Below are positions 17,764 to 26,609 of a DNA stretch of 32,974 nucleotides, in pieces. The position numbers and the translations under genes were made by a program. Below the pieces are notes generated by a model, which ran no database searches, was not told where the DNA came from, and was given only the letters and a program-made list of their open reading frames with translations. Every line of letters starts with the position of its first letter. Position 1 is the stretch's first letter. This DNA is from an uncultured Desulfobacteraceae bacterium (GTDB lineage: Bacteria > Desulfobacterota > DSM-4660 > Desulfatiglandales > Desulfatiglandaceae): the NCBI GenBank assembly GCA_964443285.1, contig CAYUCJ010000001.1, forward strand, positions 1 to 32,974, in the 5' to 3' direction.

Positions 17764-18861
17764 ATGGATCTCCTTAGAAGAGACCGGGTTGACGCCGGGG
17801 ACCGCGATACCCATAAACGATGGAGGTTCTCGGAAATTCTCGCTGATCGAGCGATTCGCAACAGATGGGAAAAGGTGCGAAAATATTTCTTCCTGCGCGA
17901 ATCGACCTACGACATGACCAATCGGTGTAACGTCCGGTGCGAAGGCTGCTATTACTATGAAGGTGAGAAACAGTTCGCACAAGAAAACAAGGACCCGGAT
18001 GCATGGAAAGAGCTGATGCAGTCGGAGAAGGTCAGGGGCATCACTTATGTGGTACTGGCTGGCGCTGAGCCTTCTCTGGTTCCGGATCTCTGCGAAGCGT
18101 GTTTTGAGGAAATGCCTTTGGGAACGATTGCCTCCAACGGGCTGAAAATCATCCCCGAATCGGTGGGCTATCGCATACACATCTCTGTCTGGGGAAACGA
18201 CAAAACCAGCCGTAAGGTACGGAAGGCCGCGGACATGCTCGTGAGGCAGATGGACAACTACAGGGAGGATCCGCGAGCTATTTTTGTTTACACCTTTACA
18301 CGGGACAACATCGATCAGGTATATGATGTGGCTGATTACCTCGTGAAAAATGGGTGTCGCCTCACCTTCAATGTCTTTTCGGCACCGGTCGGTTACAATG
18401 GCCCCTTGCGCCACACGGCTGAGTCACTTGCGCAAACCCGAAAGGCCATGATCGAACTGCTCACGAGGTATCCGGATCATGTGCTTTTCTCCCAGTATTC
18501 GGCTGTGGCCCACACCCATCGAAAGGGCATGCACAATCTTTACTCTTGCATGTACCCGCGCGTTAACCCTTCTTCAGACCTGGGGTTGGGTCGATCCTTC
18601 AGGCAGTACCGCACCGATCTCACCTGGGACAGAAACGCCGCCTGCTGCGTACCTGATACGGATTGCACGGATTGCCGACATTACGCCTCCGGCAGCGCGG
18701 TGGTGACCGCTCGAATGTTTCGCCATGCTGCGGGCCCTGAAACGTTCAAGGCCTGGCTCGACTATGTGGATACCTATCTTGCCGTCTGGGTGATGGGATA
18801 CGACAAAAGTCCCAATCTTTCCGACCGATTGGTAGCACCGCCGGGACACGACGTCCTTTGA
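17764..18861 (+). CDS. Radical SAM enzyme with Cys-rich C-terminal (auxiliary-cluster-like) motif, rSAM-4
   Basis: The ORF-track frame 17635..18861 is trimmed to ATG 17764 (GGAGA 6 nt upstream), because the longer form overlaps ACP 3. The CX3CX2C motif is YDMTNRCNVRCEGCYYY. The C-terminal motif is CCVPDTDCTDC. There is no B12 domain. It is a paralogue of the next gene. Confidence 0.85.
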   Translation: MDLLRRDRVDAGDRDTHKRWRFSEILADRAIRNRWEKVRKYFFLRESTYDMTNRCNVRCEGCYYYEGEKQFAQENKDPDAWKELMQSEKVRGITYVVLAGAEPSLVPDLCEACFEEMPLGTIASNGLKIIPESVGYRIHISVWGNDKTSRKVRKAADMLVRQMDNYREDPRAIFVYTFTRDNIDQVYDVADYLVKNGCRLTFNVFSAPVGYNGPLRHTAESLAQTRKAMIELLTRYPDHVLFSQYSAVAHTHRKGMHNLYSCMYPRVNPSSDLGLGRSFRQYRTDLTWDRNAACCVPDTDCTDCRHYASGSAVVTARMFRHAAGPETFKAWLDYVDTYLAVWVMGYDKSPNLSDRLVAPPGHDVL

Positions 18862-18911
18862 CCCGGAGACCGTTTGTTAGATGAAGACTCGGAATTTCTT
18901 GAGAGGCTCCG

Positions 18912-19910
18912 ATGAAGACGATCAATTCATTATTGGATCAACACTGGTACGAGCGCTACAAGCGCATTTCAAAACTCAACGTCCGCAGTTCGATCTACGA
19001 CGTGACCAATCGATGCAATTTGCGGTGCAAAGGCTGTTTCTTCTTTTCCTCAGGGGAACATGAAGCTGCTGCGGAGGAAACGGACATCAGGAAGTGGGGA
19101 ACTTTCATTGATCAGGAAAAGAAACGAGGGGTCAACCTCGCTATCTTGATCGGCGGGGAACCGACGCTTTGCTTAGACAGAGTGGAGGCGTTCTACAAGC
19201 GTCTACCGACGTTTTGTGCAACCAATGGCCTGATCAAGGTTCCGCGGGACCGATTTCCCGATTTGATGGTGGGCATCTCACTGTGGGGAGACGAAGAGGA
19301 TGAAAAGATCCTCCGGGGAAAATCCACCTTCGACATTTCCAGTAGAAATTACGAGGGCGATCAAAATGCCTATTACCTTTATACCCTCACCCCGAAGCAG
19401 ATCGGAAAGATCGACCGGGTTATACGAAGGATCAGGGATGTCGGTCTCAAAGTCCACATGCAGCTACTCTCCAACGACGAAGGTGTTGACGGCTTTTACT
19501 GGAAGCCTGAGGATCTCTCCGCCATACGGTTCGAGATGGACGACATGCTGGAAAGATACCCAGAGACGGTCATATCTTCTCGGTACTATCATGAAATCAT
19601 CACAACGGGAAAGATGTTGGGGAGACACTTCGGCTGGGACGAATGCCCTTCCGTCACGCAACTCTTGGATGTGCGGGCCCCTCCTCCTAAGCGGTTGGCG
19701 GGTTTTATCCGCTGGTCTTCGGACCTTGAGACCATGCACCGGTGCTGCACTTCCGAGACCAGAGACTGCTCCACCTGCAAGGACGGCGCAGCCCACATGA
19801 GCTGGATCATGGTGAACAAACGGGCACACATTCGCACGACGCAGGATCTGCAAAATTGGATCGAAGTCTATGAGATGTTCGCTAAACTCTATCAGTTCAT
19901 CCCATGGTAG
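18912..19910 (+). CDS. Radical SAM enzyme with Cys-rich C-terminal motif, rSAM-5 (paralogue of rSAM-4)
   Basis: 332 aa. Motifs: YDVTNRCNLRCKGCFFF and C-terminal CCTSETRDCSTC. It shares the blocks GGEPTL/GAEPSL, TNGL/SNGL and ISLWGD/ISVWGN with rSAM-4. Confidence 0.85.
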   Translation: MKTINSLLDQHWYERYKRISKLNVRSSIYDVTNRCNLRCKGCFFFSSGEHEAAAEETDIRKWGTFIDQEKKRGVNLAILIGGEPTLCLDRVEAFYKRLPTFCATNGLIKVPRDRFPDLMVGISLWGDEEDEKILRGKSTFDISSRNYEGDQNAYYLYTLTPKQIGKIDRVIRRIRDVGLKVHMQLLSNDEGVDGFYWKPEDLSAIRFEMDDMLERYPETVISSRYYHEIITTGKMLGRHFGWDECPSVTQLLDVRAPPPKRLAGFIRWSSDLETMHRCCTSETRDCSTCKDGAAHMSWIMVNKRAHIRTTQDLQNWIEVYEMFAKLYQFIPW

Positions 19911-21160
19911 CATCGTCAAAAAAAGTAGTCATCCTCGGCTATGACGCCGTTTCACCCTTGGGAACCGACCTGGAGACCGAGTGGGAAAAGGCACTCGGGG
20001 GAGAAAGCGGCGTCTCGAATTTGACGAGATTCCCGTTTGCGGAGGACTTTCCAGTGCGCTTCGCCGGTGAAGTTGGCGACATCGATGTCGGGCCTTACCC
20101 CTTTCTGAGCCCCCGCAGCCTGGCGCTCTGGCCATCTCCCATCTTCAAGTACGCCATGCTGGTGGTCCACCGAGCGCTTGTGAAGAGCGGTGTGGAAATT
20201 ACCCCTGAGTTGTCACCTAGAGTCGCTGTGACCTTTAGCTCGGCGGTGGGGGGGCAAGATGCCGTCGTGCAAGCCACCCGGCACATGGTCACCGAGAACA
20301 AACTGCCTCCCCCCTACACCAATCCCAATTCCTGTATCAACATGGTGGGGGGCAAGGTATCGATTCTCACCAAGGCCACTGGACCGATTACGTCGACCGT
20401 CTCCGCTTGCGCCACCGGCGTTGCTTCAATCATTGTAGGAGCGATGTTTTTGGAGCAAGGCATGGCCGACGTTGTCATTTGTGGCGCGGTCGATTTTCCC
20501 TTAGTTGAACCCATCGTCGCGGGGTTTGCCACAATGAACGGGGCCTATTGCTCCAAACCCGGAAGGGCGGAGGAACCAGCAAGCAATGCCAGCCGTCCGT
20601 TTTCGGCTGATCGAAGAGGGTTCGTGGTCTCCGAGGGGGCCGGCTGTGTCGTCATCGGCACGAAAGCATTCGCCGCCGCCCATGGGCTGGATTACAAGGT
20701 CGAGGTAGCCGGGTGGGGCATGACATCCGACGCCTGTCATTACGTGGCACCCCATTTGAAGACAGTAACCCGTTGCATCGCTCAGTGCATCTACGACGCA
20801 GGTATATCGCCTCACGATATCGACGCCGTCAATGCCCATGCGGCTTCCACGAAGGTCGGCGACAAGGTGGAATACGACGCCTTGAAGGAAGTATTCGGGG
20901 ATGCCATGCCGCCGATCTCGGCAAACAAATCTCTTACCGGTCACGCGATGGGAGCCTCCAGTGCGATCGAATCCGTTTTTGCCGTAGAGGGAATGCTGAA
21001 CGGAATTTTGTTGCCGACTATTAATTATTCGCCGGATCCCTCGATGCTTCTGGATTGCACGGCCGAAGGTGCTCGCCGGCTCGAGCAGGAATATGTGCTA
21101 AAAGATGCCTTCGGCTTTGGCGGGTTCAATTCATGCGTCGTTTTTCACAGGATAGCGTGA
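19904..21160 (+). CDS. Beta-ketoacyl-ACP synthase (KS-3)
   Basis: 418 aa. 7-nt overlap with rSAM-5 (ATGGTAG). The triad is VSACATGVAS (Cys), NAHAASTKVGD (His), TGHAMGASSAIE (His). The C-terminus is AFGFGGFNS. Confidence 0.9.
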   Translation: MVASSKKVVILGYDAVSPLGTDLETEWEKALGGESGVSNLTRFPFAEDFPVRFAGEVGDIDVGPYPFLSPRSLALWPSPIFKYAMLVVHRALVKSGVEITPELSPRVAVTFSSAVGGQDAVVQATRHMVTENKLPPPYTNPNSCINMVGGKVSILTKATGPITSTVSACATGVASIIVGAMFLEQGMADVVICGAVDFPLVEPIVAGFATMNGAYCSKPGRAEEPASNASRPFSADRRGFVVSEGAGCVVIGTKAFAAAHGLDYKVEVAGWGMTSDACHYVAPHLKTVTRCIAQCIYDAGISPHDIDAVNAHAASTKVGDKVEYDALKEVFGDAMPPISANKSLTGHAMGASSAIESVFAVEGMLNGILLPTINYSPDPSMLLDCTAEGARRLEQEYVLKDAFGFGGFNSCVVFHRIA

Positions 21161-21166
21161 GGAGAA

Positions 21167-22432
21167 ATGAAAGCCCCAAGAAATAGAAAGGTATTCGTTG
21201 TGGGATACAGCGTCGCCACGCCGTTGGGAAAAACCTTCGACGGGACGTGGGAGCGGGCCGTTCGCGGCGAGGCTGGTTTTCGCAGGCTGACCAGGTCTCG
21301 AACCACTTCTCTCGCCAACGTCGTAGGAGAGATTCCCGACTGGGACCCGATGGCTTTGGACTTTGTGGACAAAAAGGAAGCTTATAATTGGAACGCCGCC
21401 TATGTCTTGTTAACCATGAGCGTCTGCAAAGAAGCCCTGTCGCATGCGGGTCTGGAGATCGACAATGAAACCGGCCCCAGGACGGCCTGCCTGATAGGTT
21501 CCGCCCTAAACGGGGCGGATGCCTATCGCATTGCCATGGACAACTATGTGAACGAAGGACCGTACAAGGTCAGCCCTTATCTGCTTCCAAACCTTTGCGC
21601 CAACCTGCCCGCGGGAAAGGCCGGTATGCTTTTGGGATTCACAGGCCCAGTCTTCTCCCCCCAGGGTGCGTGCGCTTCTGGAAACCACGCCATCGGCCTC
21701 GGCGCCCGGATGATCAGGGACGGCGACTGCGACTTCGTTCTAGCCGGGGGCGTCGATGCCTGTCTTGTTCCGGAGATCGTGCAAGGCTTTGCCAACATGA
21801 ACGCCACGATCAAGGTTAGTCCCGAGGATCGCGCCCATGAGGACCCGACTCAGGCCTCCCGGCCTTTCAGCGTCGACCGGAAAGGCATCGTTCTTTCTGA
21901 GGGGGCCGGGGTTCTCGTCTTGGCCGCCGAGGATCTGCTCTTGGCGTACGGCTTGACGCCTAAGGCCGAAGTCGTGGGGATCGGCTGGACTTCCGACGCC
22001 CTACACTACACCCGACCCAACGCGGAAACGATCGTGCGTGCTATGCGGGAAGCCATAGAAGACGCCTGTCTTGAGGCTGCTGACATCCAATACGTTAGCG
22101 CCCACGGGACGTCTACGCCCAAAGGTGACACTACCGAGATCGGCTGTCTTCGAACTGTGTTCGGCCCCGCTCTCGAGAGGATTCCTGTGTCTTCGAACAA
22201 GTCTCAAATCGGACACACCCTCGGGGCGTCTGCCGCGATTGAAGCCGCTTTAGGGATCGAAGCTATGCGCCAAGGGCTGGTTCTTCCGACTGTAAACCAT
22301 GTTCCCGACCCCGCCTTCTCGGATGTGGATGTGGTCCCGAATAAGGCCCGCGCCTATCGATACGAACTGTTTCTTTCTAATGCTTTCGGGTTCGGAGGCA
22401 CCAACTGCTGCGTTGTCTTTCGAGGGGTATAA
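21167..22432 (+). CDS. Beta-ketoacyl-ACP synthase (KS-4)
   Basis: 421 aa with an AGGAGA SD. The triad is QGACASGNHA (Cys), SAHGTSTPKGD (His), IGHTLGASAAIE (His). The C-terminus is AFGFGGTNC. Confidence 0.9.
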   Translation: MKAPRNRKVFVVGYSVATPLGKTFDGTWERAVRGEAGFRRLTRSRTTSLANVVGEIPDWDPMALDFVDKKEAYNWNAAYVLLTMSVCKEALSHAGLEIDNETGPRTACLIGSALNGADAYRIAMDNYVNEGPYKVSPYLLPNLCANLPAGKAGMLLGFTGPVFSPQGACASGNHAIGLGARMIRDGDCDFVLAGGVDACLVPEIVQGFANMNATIKVSPEDRAHEDPTQASRPFSVDRKGIVLSEGAGVLVLAAEDLLLAYGLTPKAEVVGIGWTSDALHYTRPNAETIVRAMREAIEDACLEAADIQYVSAHGTSTPKGDTTEIGCLRTVFGPALERIPVSSNKSQIGHTLGASAAIEAALGIEAMRQGLVLPTVNHVPDPAFSDVDVVPNKARAYRYELFLSNAFGFGGTNCCVVFRGV

Positions 22433-22433
22433 C

Positions 22434-22913
22434 ATGAGACCGAAACCATTTGTCCCAGAGACTTTCAACGGAGACGAACGTTATGTGAGGGACAAGACCG
22501 ACGGACTCGTGTGGCACAGATGTCGGCAGCGCATCCTTTATGCAGATACGGATCGATCTCAATGCGTTTACCACGGGAATTACCTGCGCTATTTTGAGTT
22601 TGGCAGGGCTTCGTTGATGCGGGATACCGCCTACCCGTACCGGGAGATCGAAGAGAGTGGGTATGTGTATCCGATTATCGAGATCGGCGTCACCTACCAC
22701 AACCCGCTCTGTTATGACGATTCTATCGTTGTCTATACGCGTCCCGTGACGCTCGAACTGGTTCGGATAAGGTTCGATTATATCATCGGACTCGAAGAGA
22801 CTTATGAGATCATCTGCAAGGGATTCACGCGACATTGCGCCGTGAATAGTTCCGGCAATCCAGTGAAGGTAGACAGCAAAACGGCCTATTTATGGAAAAC
22901 GTTTCCCAAGTGA
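22434..22913 (+). CDS. 4HBT/YbgC-type hotdog-fold thioesterase (second copy)
   Basis: The ORF-track frame 22299..22913 is trimmed to ATG 22434, 1 nt after the KS-4 stop. The diagnostic block is ILYADTDRSQCVYHGNYLRYFEFGRASL. Confidence 0.8.
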   Translation: MRPKPFVPETFNGDERYVRDKTDGLVWHRCRQRILYADTDRSQCVYHGNYLRYFEFGRASLMRDTAYPYREIEESGYVYPIIEIGVTYHNPLCYDDSIVVYTRPVTLELVRIRFDYIIGLEETYEIICKGFTRHCAVNSSGNPVKVDSKTAYLWKTFPK

Positions 22914-24553
22914 ACGAGTCGGTCCGCATTCCCGTCGACCTCCTCATTCATCCCTATCTGCTGGACCATCGCTTTGAAGGCAGCGTCATCTATCCCGCGG
23001 TAGAAGCGATGCAGACCCTTGCAAAGGAGGTGAAGCGGCTTTGGCCGAATGCGGATGTCAACTCCATATGCCGTGCCCGGTTCGACAAATTTCTCTACAT
23101 CGACCCGAGTGCCTCTCGCGTACCCGCCTGGATCGACGTCACCGTACACGAAAAAGGAGACATCGCCGCCGCGCTCCTTACCAAAAGCAGGTCGAAACAA
23201 CACGCCATCACACGCGTCAAGGAACACGCCGCACTCTGTTTCCCTCTCCTCCAACCGGATCTCCCCGAGCCGCCCATTGATCTGATTTCAGCTCTCGAAG
23301 GGATCTGTCTTGAAATCCCTCCAGGGGACATCTATCGGTACCTCGTTCCCTTCGGTCCCTCTTTCCACAATGTCAGAAGCACCCTCCTCATTTCCGAAGA
23401 CGGGGCCATCGCGTGGACTTATGCGCCTCCAGCCCCCCCGGCCGGAGAAGATTTTGCCGGCCTGCTGGGGTCTCCTTTTCCCCTCGACGCCTCATTTCAT
23501 GCGGCTTGTGCCTGGGGCCAGCAGTACGGAGGAATCGTCGCCTTTCCCGTGGGGATCGAAAAGAAGGTCCTGTTCAAACGGACTAAACCAGGCGAGACCT
23601 ATGTCAGCCGGATCCTCCCCCTTCGCGCAGAGCCGGGACAGCTCGCCTTCGATATCTGGATCTACGACGAGGGAGGGACCCTATACGAGGCCGCCTGTGG
23701 CGTGCATATGAGGGATGTGAACGCAGGGCACATGAAGTCGCCCCCGTGGGTGATGGACAGGGGCACGAAACCTCCCTTGGAGAGAATGAGAAACTGTTGC
23801 CGCGGCATCTCAGTGGTGGAGTTGAAATCGATCCTACCGTTCGCCGAAAGGTCTCTTTCGGATCGTGAAAGAAAACGCCTGGAGGGACTGGGAGAGACTC
23901 GCAGGAGGAGCTACCTGGCGGCCCGATTGGCCTGTAAACGCCTCTACAGGAGGCTGAGAGGAGGCGACCTCGACACTCCCGCTTCCGACATCACCACCGT
24001 CTGTGCCGATCAGACCCGTCCCTGCTGCCCTCTGAGTGGTCATGAATCACCGGTTTCCTGTTCGGTGTCGCACGACAAGCGATTTGGCATCGCAGCGGTT
24101 TGCGATAATCTTGTCGGCGTAGATGTGGAAAGGATCTCCGAGCGGGTCTTAAAATCGCGGCATCTGTACATGAGTGACTCGGAACAACTCCTCGTCCGGG
24201 AGGCGGCTCTGGGTGAAATGGAGGCCGCGGTCAGGATATGGACGATCAAGGAAGCAGTCGCCAAGGCCTTGGACATGAACCTGGCTGAGTCGTGGAATCG
24301 CGTTGAGGTATGCACGGTCGGTGCTTTCGAGAGCAAGTTTCAATTGAATGACCACGACTTCCTGACCGCAGTCCACGAGACGGTGGGACGGCATCTGTTT
24401 ACACTCGTTTGCACAGCCTCACACTCGGATGGAAGTGCGACAGTCTTCGGTTTTGGCCAGCGTTTGCCCACCTCGAAAGACAGAGTGATGAAAACGTTGG
24501 TCGATGCGGGAAGAGGGGATGGTGACCTGGGTGGAAAAAAGTGGAGAGATTGA
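22892..24553 (+). CDS. PKS-type double-hotdog dehydratase (PS-DH) domain fused to an Sfp-type 4'-phosphopantetheinyl transferase domain
   Basis: 553 aa; an alternative GTG at 22910 would give a GTGA overlap. The N-terminal part (about 290 aa) has IHPYLLDHRFEGSVIYP, an exact HxxxGxxxxP motif, and later PLDASFHAACAW (DxxxH), the two signatures of polyketide/PUFA-synthase DH domains. The C-terminal part has RRRSYLAARLACKRL, VSCSVSHDKRFG, VGVDVERI and IWTIKEAVAKAL, the PPTase GxDxE and W(T/S)xKE(A/S)xxK motifs. Confidence 0.8.
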   Translation: MENVSQVNESVRIPVDLLIHPYLLDHRFEGSVIYPAVEAMQTLAKEVKRLWPNADVNSICRARFDKFLYIDPSASRVPAWIDVTVHEKGDIAAALLTKSRSKQHAITRVKEHAALCFPLLQPDLPEPPIDLISALEGICLEIPPGDIYRYLVPFGPSFHNVRSTLLISEDGAIAWTYAPPAPPAGEDFAGLLGSPFPLDASFHAACAWGQQYGGIVAFPVGIEKKVLFKRTKPGETYVSRILPLRAEPGQLAFDIWIYDEGGTLYEAACGVHMRDVNAGHMKSPPWVMDRGTKPPLERMRNCCRGISVVELKSILPFAERSLSDRERKRLEGLGETRRRSYLAARLACKRLYRRLRGGDLDTPASDITTVCADQTRPCCPLSGHESPVSCSVSHDKRFGIAAVCDNLVGVDVERISERVLKSRHLYMSDSEQLLVREAALGEMEAAVRIWTIKEAVAKALDMNLAESWNRVEVCTVGAFESKFQLNDHDFLTAVHETVGRHLFTLVCTASHSDGSATVFGFGQRLPTSKDRVMKTLVDAGRGDGDLGGKKWRD

Positions 24554-25251
24554 TGATGACTAGTTTTAGATGCCTGACAGGGATCTGGCGTACGCGCCGG
24601 CGCATACTGACTTTTGTTTTTTGCGGGATCGGCTTGTTTCTGTCTTGTGCCGCCCATGCGAAATCAGTTGAAGGAGACGTCTCTGGAGAGTCTAATTCCC
24701 CTTTCACACGCAACAGAATGTCGATTCAGCTGGTTTCGGGTGCGGTTTTTTCTCCCTTCATCTGGAAGATGCAAAGGCCGAAGTTGGATTTCTTTCAGAC
24801 CAACCTGCGCCTCGGATGGATGCTGACCGAGCCGGGTCGAGGGCACTCGATCTTGAGGGGCTGCCATGAACTGCTCCTGGAGTTTACCCATGCTGTTATT
24901 TTCTCGGGCGGGGGCCATTACATGTATGGGATTACGCCTCTCGGACGGTACAATTTCGTTCAGCCCAATGCGAAGTGGGTTCCCTACTTTCAAGGCGGTG
25001 TGGGGATCATCTACACCGATGCATACAAGGATAAATCACAGAATGTGATCGGGCAGGCCTTCGGGTTTACCCCTCAGTTCGGTGTAGGACTGCAGTATTT
25101 TGCGGGGAAGGCGTGGTCCATCGACTTAGAAGGAAAATTGGAGCACATTTCCAATGCGGGCATGAGCAGCAGAAATGAAGGGGTCAATGGAGGCGGAATC
25201 TTTCTCGGGGTGACCTGCTTTTTAGAGGGGACGCCTGCGGCAGATCATTGA
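24553..25251 (+). CDS. PagL-like outer-membrane acyloxyacyl hydrolase (lipid A 3-O-deacylase family)
   Basis: The ORF-track frame starts at GTG 24541. ATG 24553 is preferred (GGAGAG upstream, 1-nt overlap with the preceding TGA). It has a signal peptide (FVFCGIGLFLSCAAHA). The beta-barrel-like, aromatic-rich sequence ends with LEHISNAGMSSRNEGVNGGGIFLGV, where HxSN is the His/Ser catalytic motif of PagL-type deacylases. Confidence 0.65.
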   Translation: MMTSFRCLTGIWRTRRRILTFVFCGIGLFLSCAAHAKSVEGDVSGESNSPFTRNRMSIQLVSGAVFSPFIWKMQRPKLDFFQTNLRLGWMLTEPGRGHSILRGCHELLLEFTHAVIFSGGGHYMYGITPLGRYNFVQPNAKWVPYFQGGVGIIYTDAYKDKSQNVIGQAFGFTPQFGVGLQYFAGKAWSIDLEGKLEHISNAGMSSRNEGVNGGGIFLGVTCFLEGTPAADH

Positions 25252-25278
25252 AAACTTAAGCTGGTCATGCGACGGACT

Positions 25279-25632
25279 TCAGCGGCTCTTGTGCGTCAAT
25301 CTTTCAACGGCAACTCGTGTGGCCCAGCGCAGAAAAATCTTTGAATATTTTGCACCCGCTAAATACATGCCGAGCAAAAAAACCAAGTGGGACAGCCCGT
25401 AGAGTAACGGCCCGCCAACCGCTATTAGCGGAGGCATTCGCCAATGGATCGACAAGGCGGCTAGCACGCTTATCGCCGGCCAGCCGATGAGATAACTGAT
25501 CGCTATAGCGGATATTCCGAGCAGAACCCGGACCGAAGGCTTTTCCTGAAACGCGCTAAGATCAGCCCGGTCCTCGATTGCTTTGCGCACATAATCGGTT
25601 TGGGCAAGTTTTTCAAGTAGTTTCATTTTCAT
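25279..25632 (-). CDS. Small integral membrane protein, unknown function
   Basis: 117 aa. It is the only minus-strand ORF in this stretch. Hydrophobic segments (VLLGISAIAISYLIGWPAISVLAAL, LIAVGGPLLYGLSHLVFLLGMYLA) suggest 2-3 TM helices. No recognisable catalytic motif. Confidence 0.45.
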   Translation of the reverse strand: MKMKLLEKLAQTDYVRKAIEDRADLSAFQEKPSVRVLLGISAIAISYLIGWPAISVLAALSIHWRMPPLIAVGGPLLYGLSHLVFLLGMYLAGAKYSKIFLRWATRVAVERLTHKSR

Positions 25633-25835
25633 CCACGGCCAGAGGCAGCATCCAAGACGGCGCGCGATTCTCTCCTCCCCCTCCTACGGTCCGGAGTTTT
25701 GTCCTCGGCAAATGACGGGGAGAGCGCAGAGAGGCGTAAAAGAAGGCGCCAAGAAGCTTCGAGGGAAGTGAAGATCATAACGGCTGGAAAACGACTGTCA
25801 AGGACAATATGAAAAGGGGTTTAAACAGAGGGTAA

Positions 25836-26573
25836 ATGCACCCTCGCCGGATAACCATGGAGGCCTTCAACCTCGATCATTGTTGGGAATTTTTCGACAG
25901 CATCTACTGTATCTCTCTTAGGGAAAGACAAGACCGGCGAAGAGAGGCAAAGATGCAGTTCGACCGCGTGGGCCTGTTGGAGAGAGTCGAGTTTTCCCTC
26001 GTGAACAAACACCCGGAAAACAACGAACAGGGGATTTATGAATCTCACTTGGCTTGCATCAGAAAAGGCATCGAAGTCGACGCGAAAACAATCTTGATCT
26101 TCGAAGACGACATCCTTTTTGAACGGTTCAGCCGTAGCAGGCTCAGACATTGCGTCGACTTTTTGTCGGCCGTTCCCGATTGGAATCTCCTCTTTCTTGG
26201 ATGCTTGGTCAAGAGCAGCAAGAGAACAGTCGATGCAAACGTCCTCGAGGTGAAATATCGAAGCTTGGCTCATGCCTATGCTATAAACCGCAAGTTTGCC
26301 GAGGTCTTAGTCGAACAGCCGTGGCAGGGTTTGGCCTACGATCAAATGCTCAGCTCTTATGAGCGAGGCTGCTACGCCATCTACCCTTCCCTTGCTTTTC
26401 AGAGCAATTCCGCTACGGACAACGCCCAATGCCTACGGTTGGATAGGTTTCGACGATTGTGTGGGGGACTGCGGCTTATCCAAAAAATTGATGAGGCCTA
26501 TCATCTTCACAGGAGAAATTTTATATTCTTCCATCTTCTTTTGGCCTCCATTGTCCTGTTGTGGCTCTTCTAA
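25836..26573 (+). CDS. Family 25-like glycosyltransferase (LPS/LOS beta-glycosyltransferase type) with C-terminal TM anchor
   Basis: 245 aa with a good SD (AGAGGG). IYCISLRERQDRRREA, ESHLACIRKG and ILIFEDDILF match the GT25 layout (ISL..x.eRR ... SH ... EDD). Confidence 0.6.
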   Translation: MHPRRITMEAFNLDHCWEFFDSIYCISLRERQDRRREAKMQFDRVGLLERVEFSLVNKHPENNEQGIYESHLACIRKGIEVDAKTILIFEDDILFERFSRSRLRHCVDFLSAVPDWNLLFLGCLVKSSKRTVDANVLEVKYRSLAHAYAINRKFAEVLVEQPWQGLAYDQMLSSYERGCYAIYPSLAFQSNSATDNAQCLRLDRFRRLCGGLRLIQKIDEAYHLHRRNFIFFHLLLASIVLLWLF

Positions 26574-26609
26574 CCCTGTCAGACAGGCTTTCAGGCTTTG
26601 GATTTTAGA

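Noticed and set aside
13434-24553. Calling the core a PUFA (pfa-type) synthase or a proven ladderane pathway.
   Set aside because: There is no multidomain Pfa-like megasynthase, tandem-ACP array or ER domain. All components are discrete type II proteins apart from the fusions noted. The ladderane link for similar fab/rSAM loci is, to my knowledge, only a hypothesis, and nothing in the sequence itself proves such chemistry.
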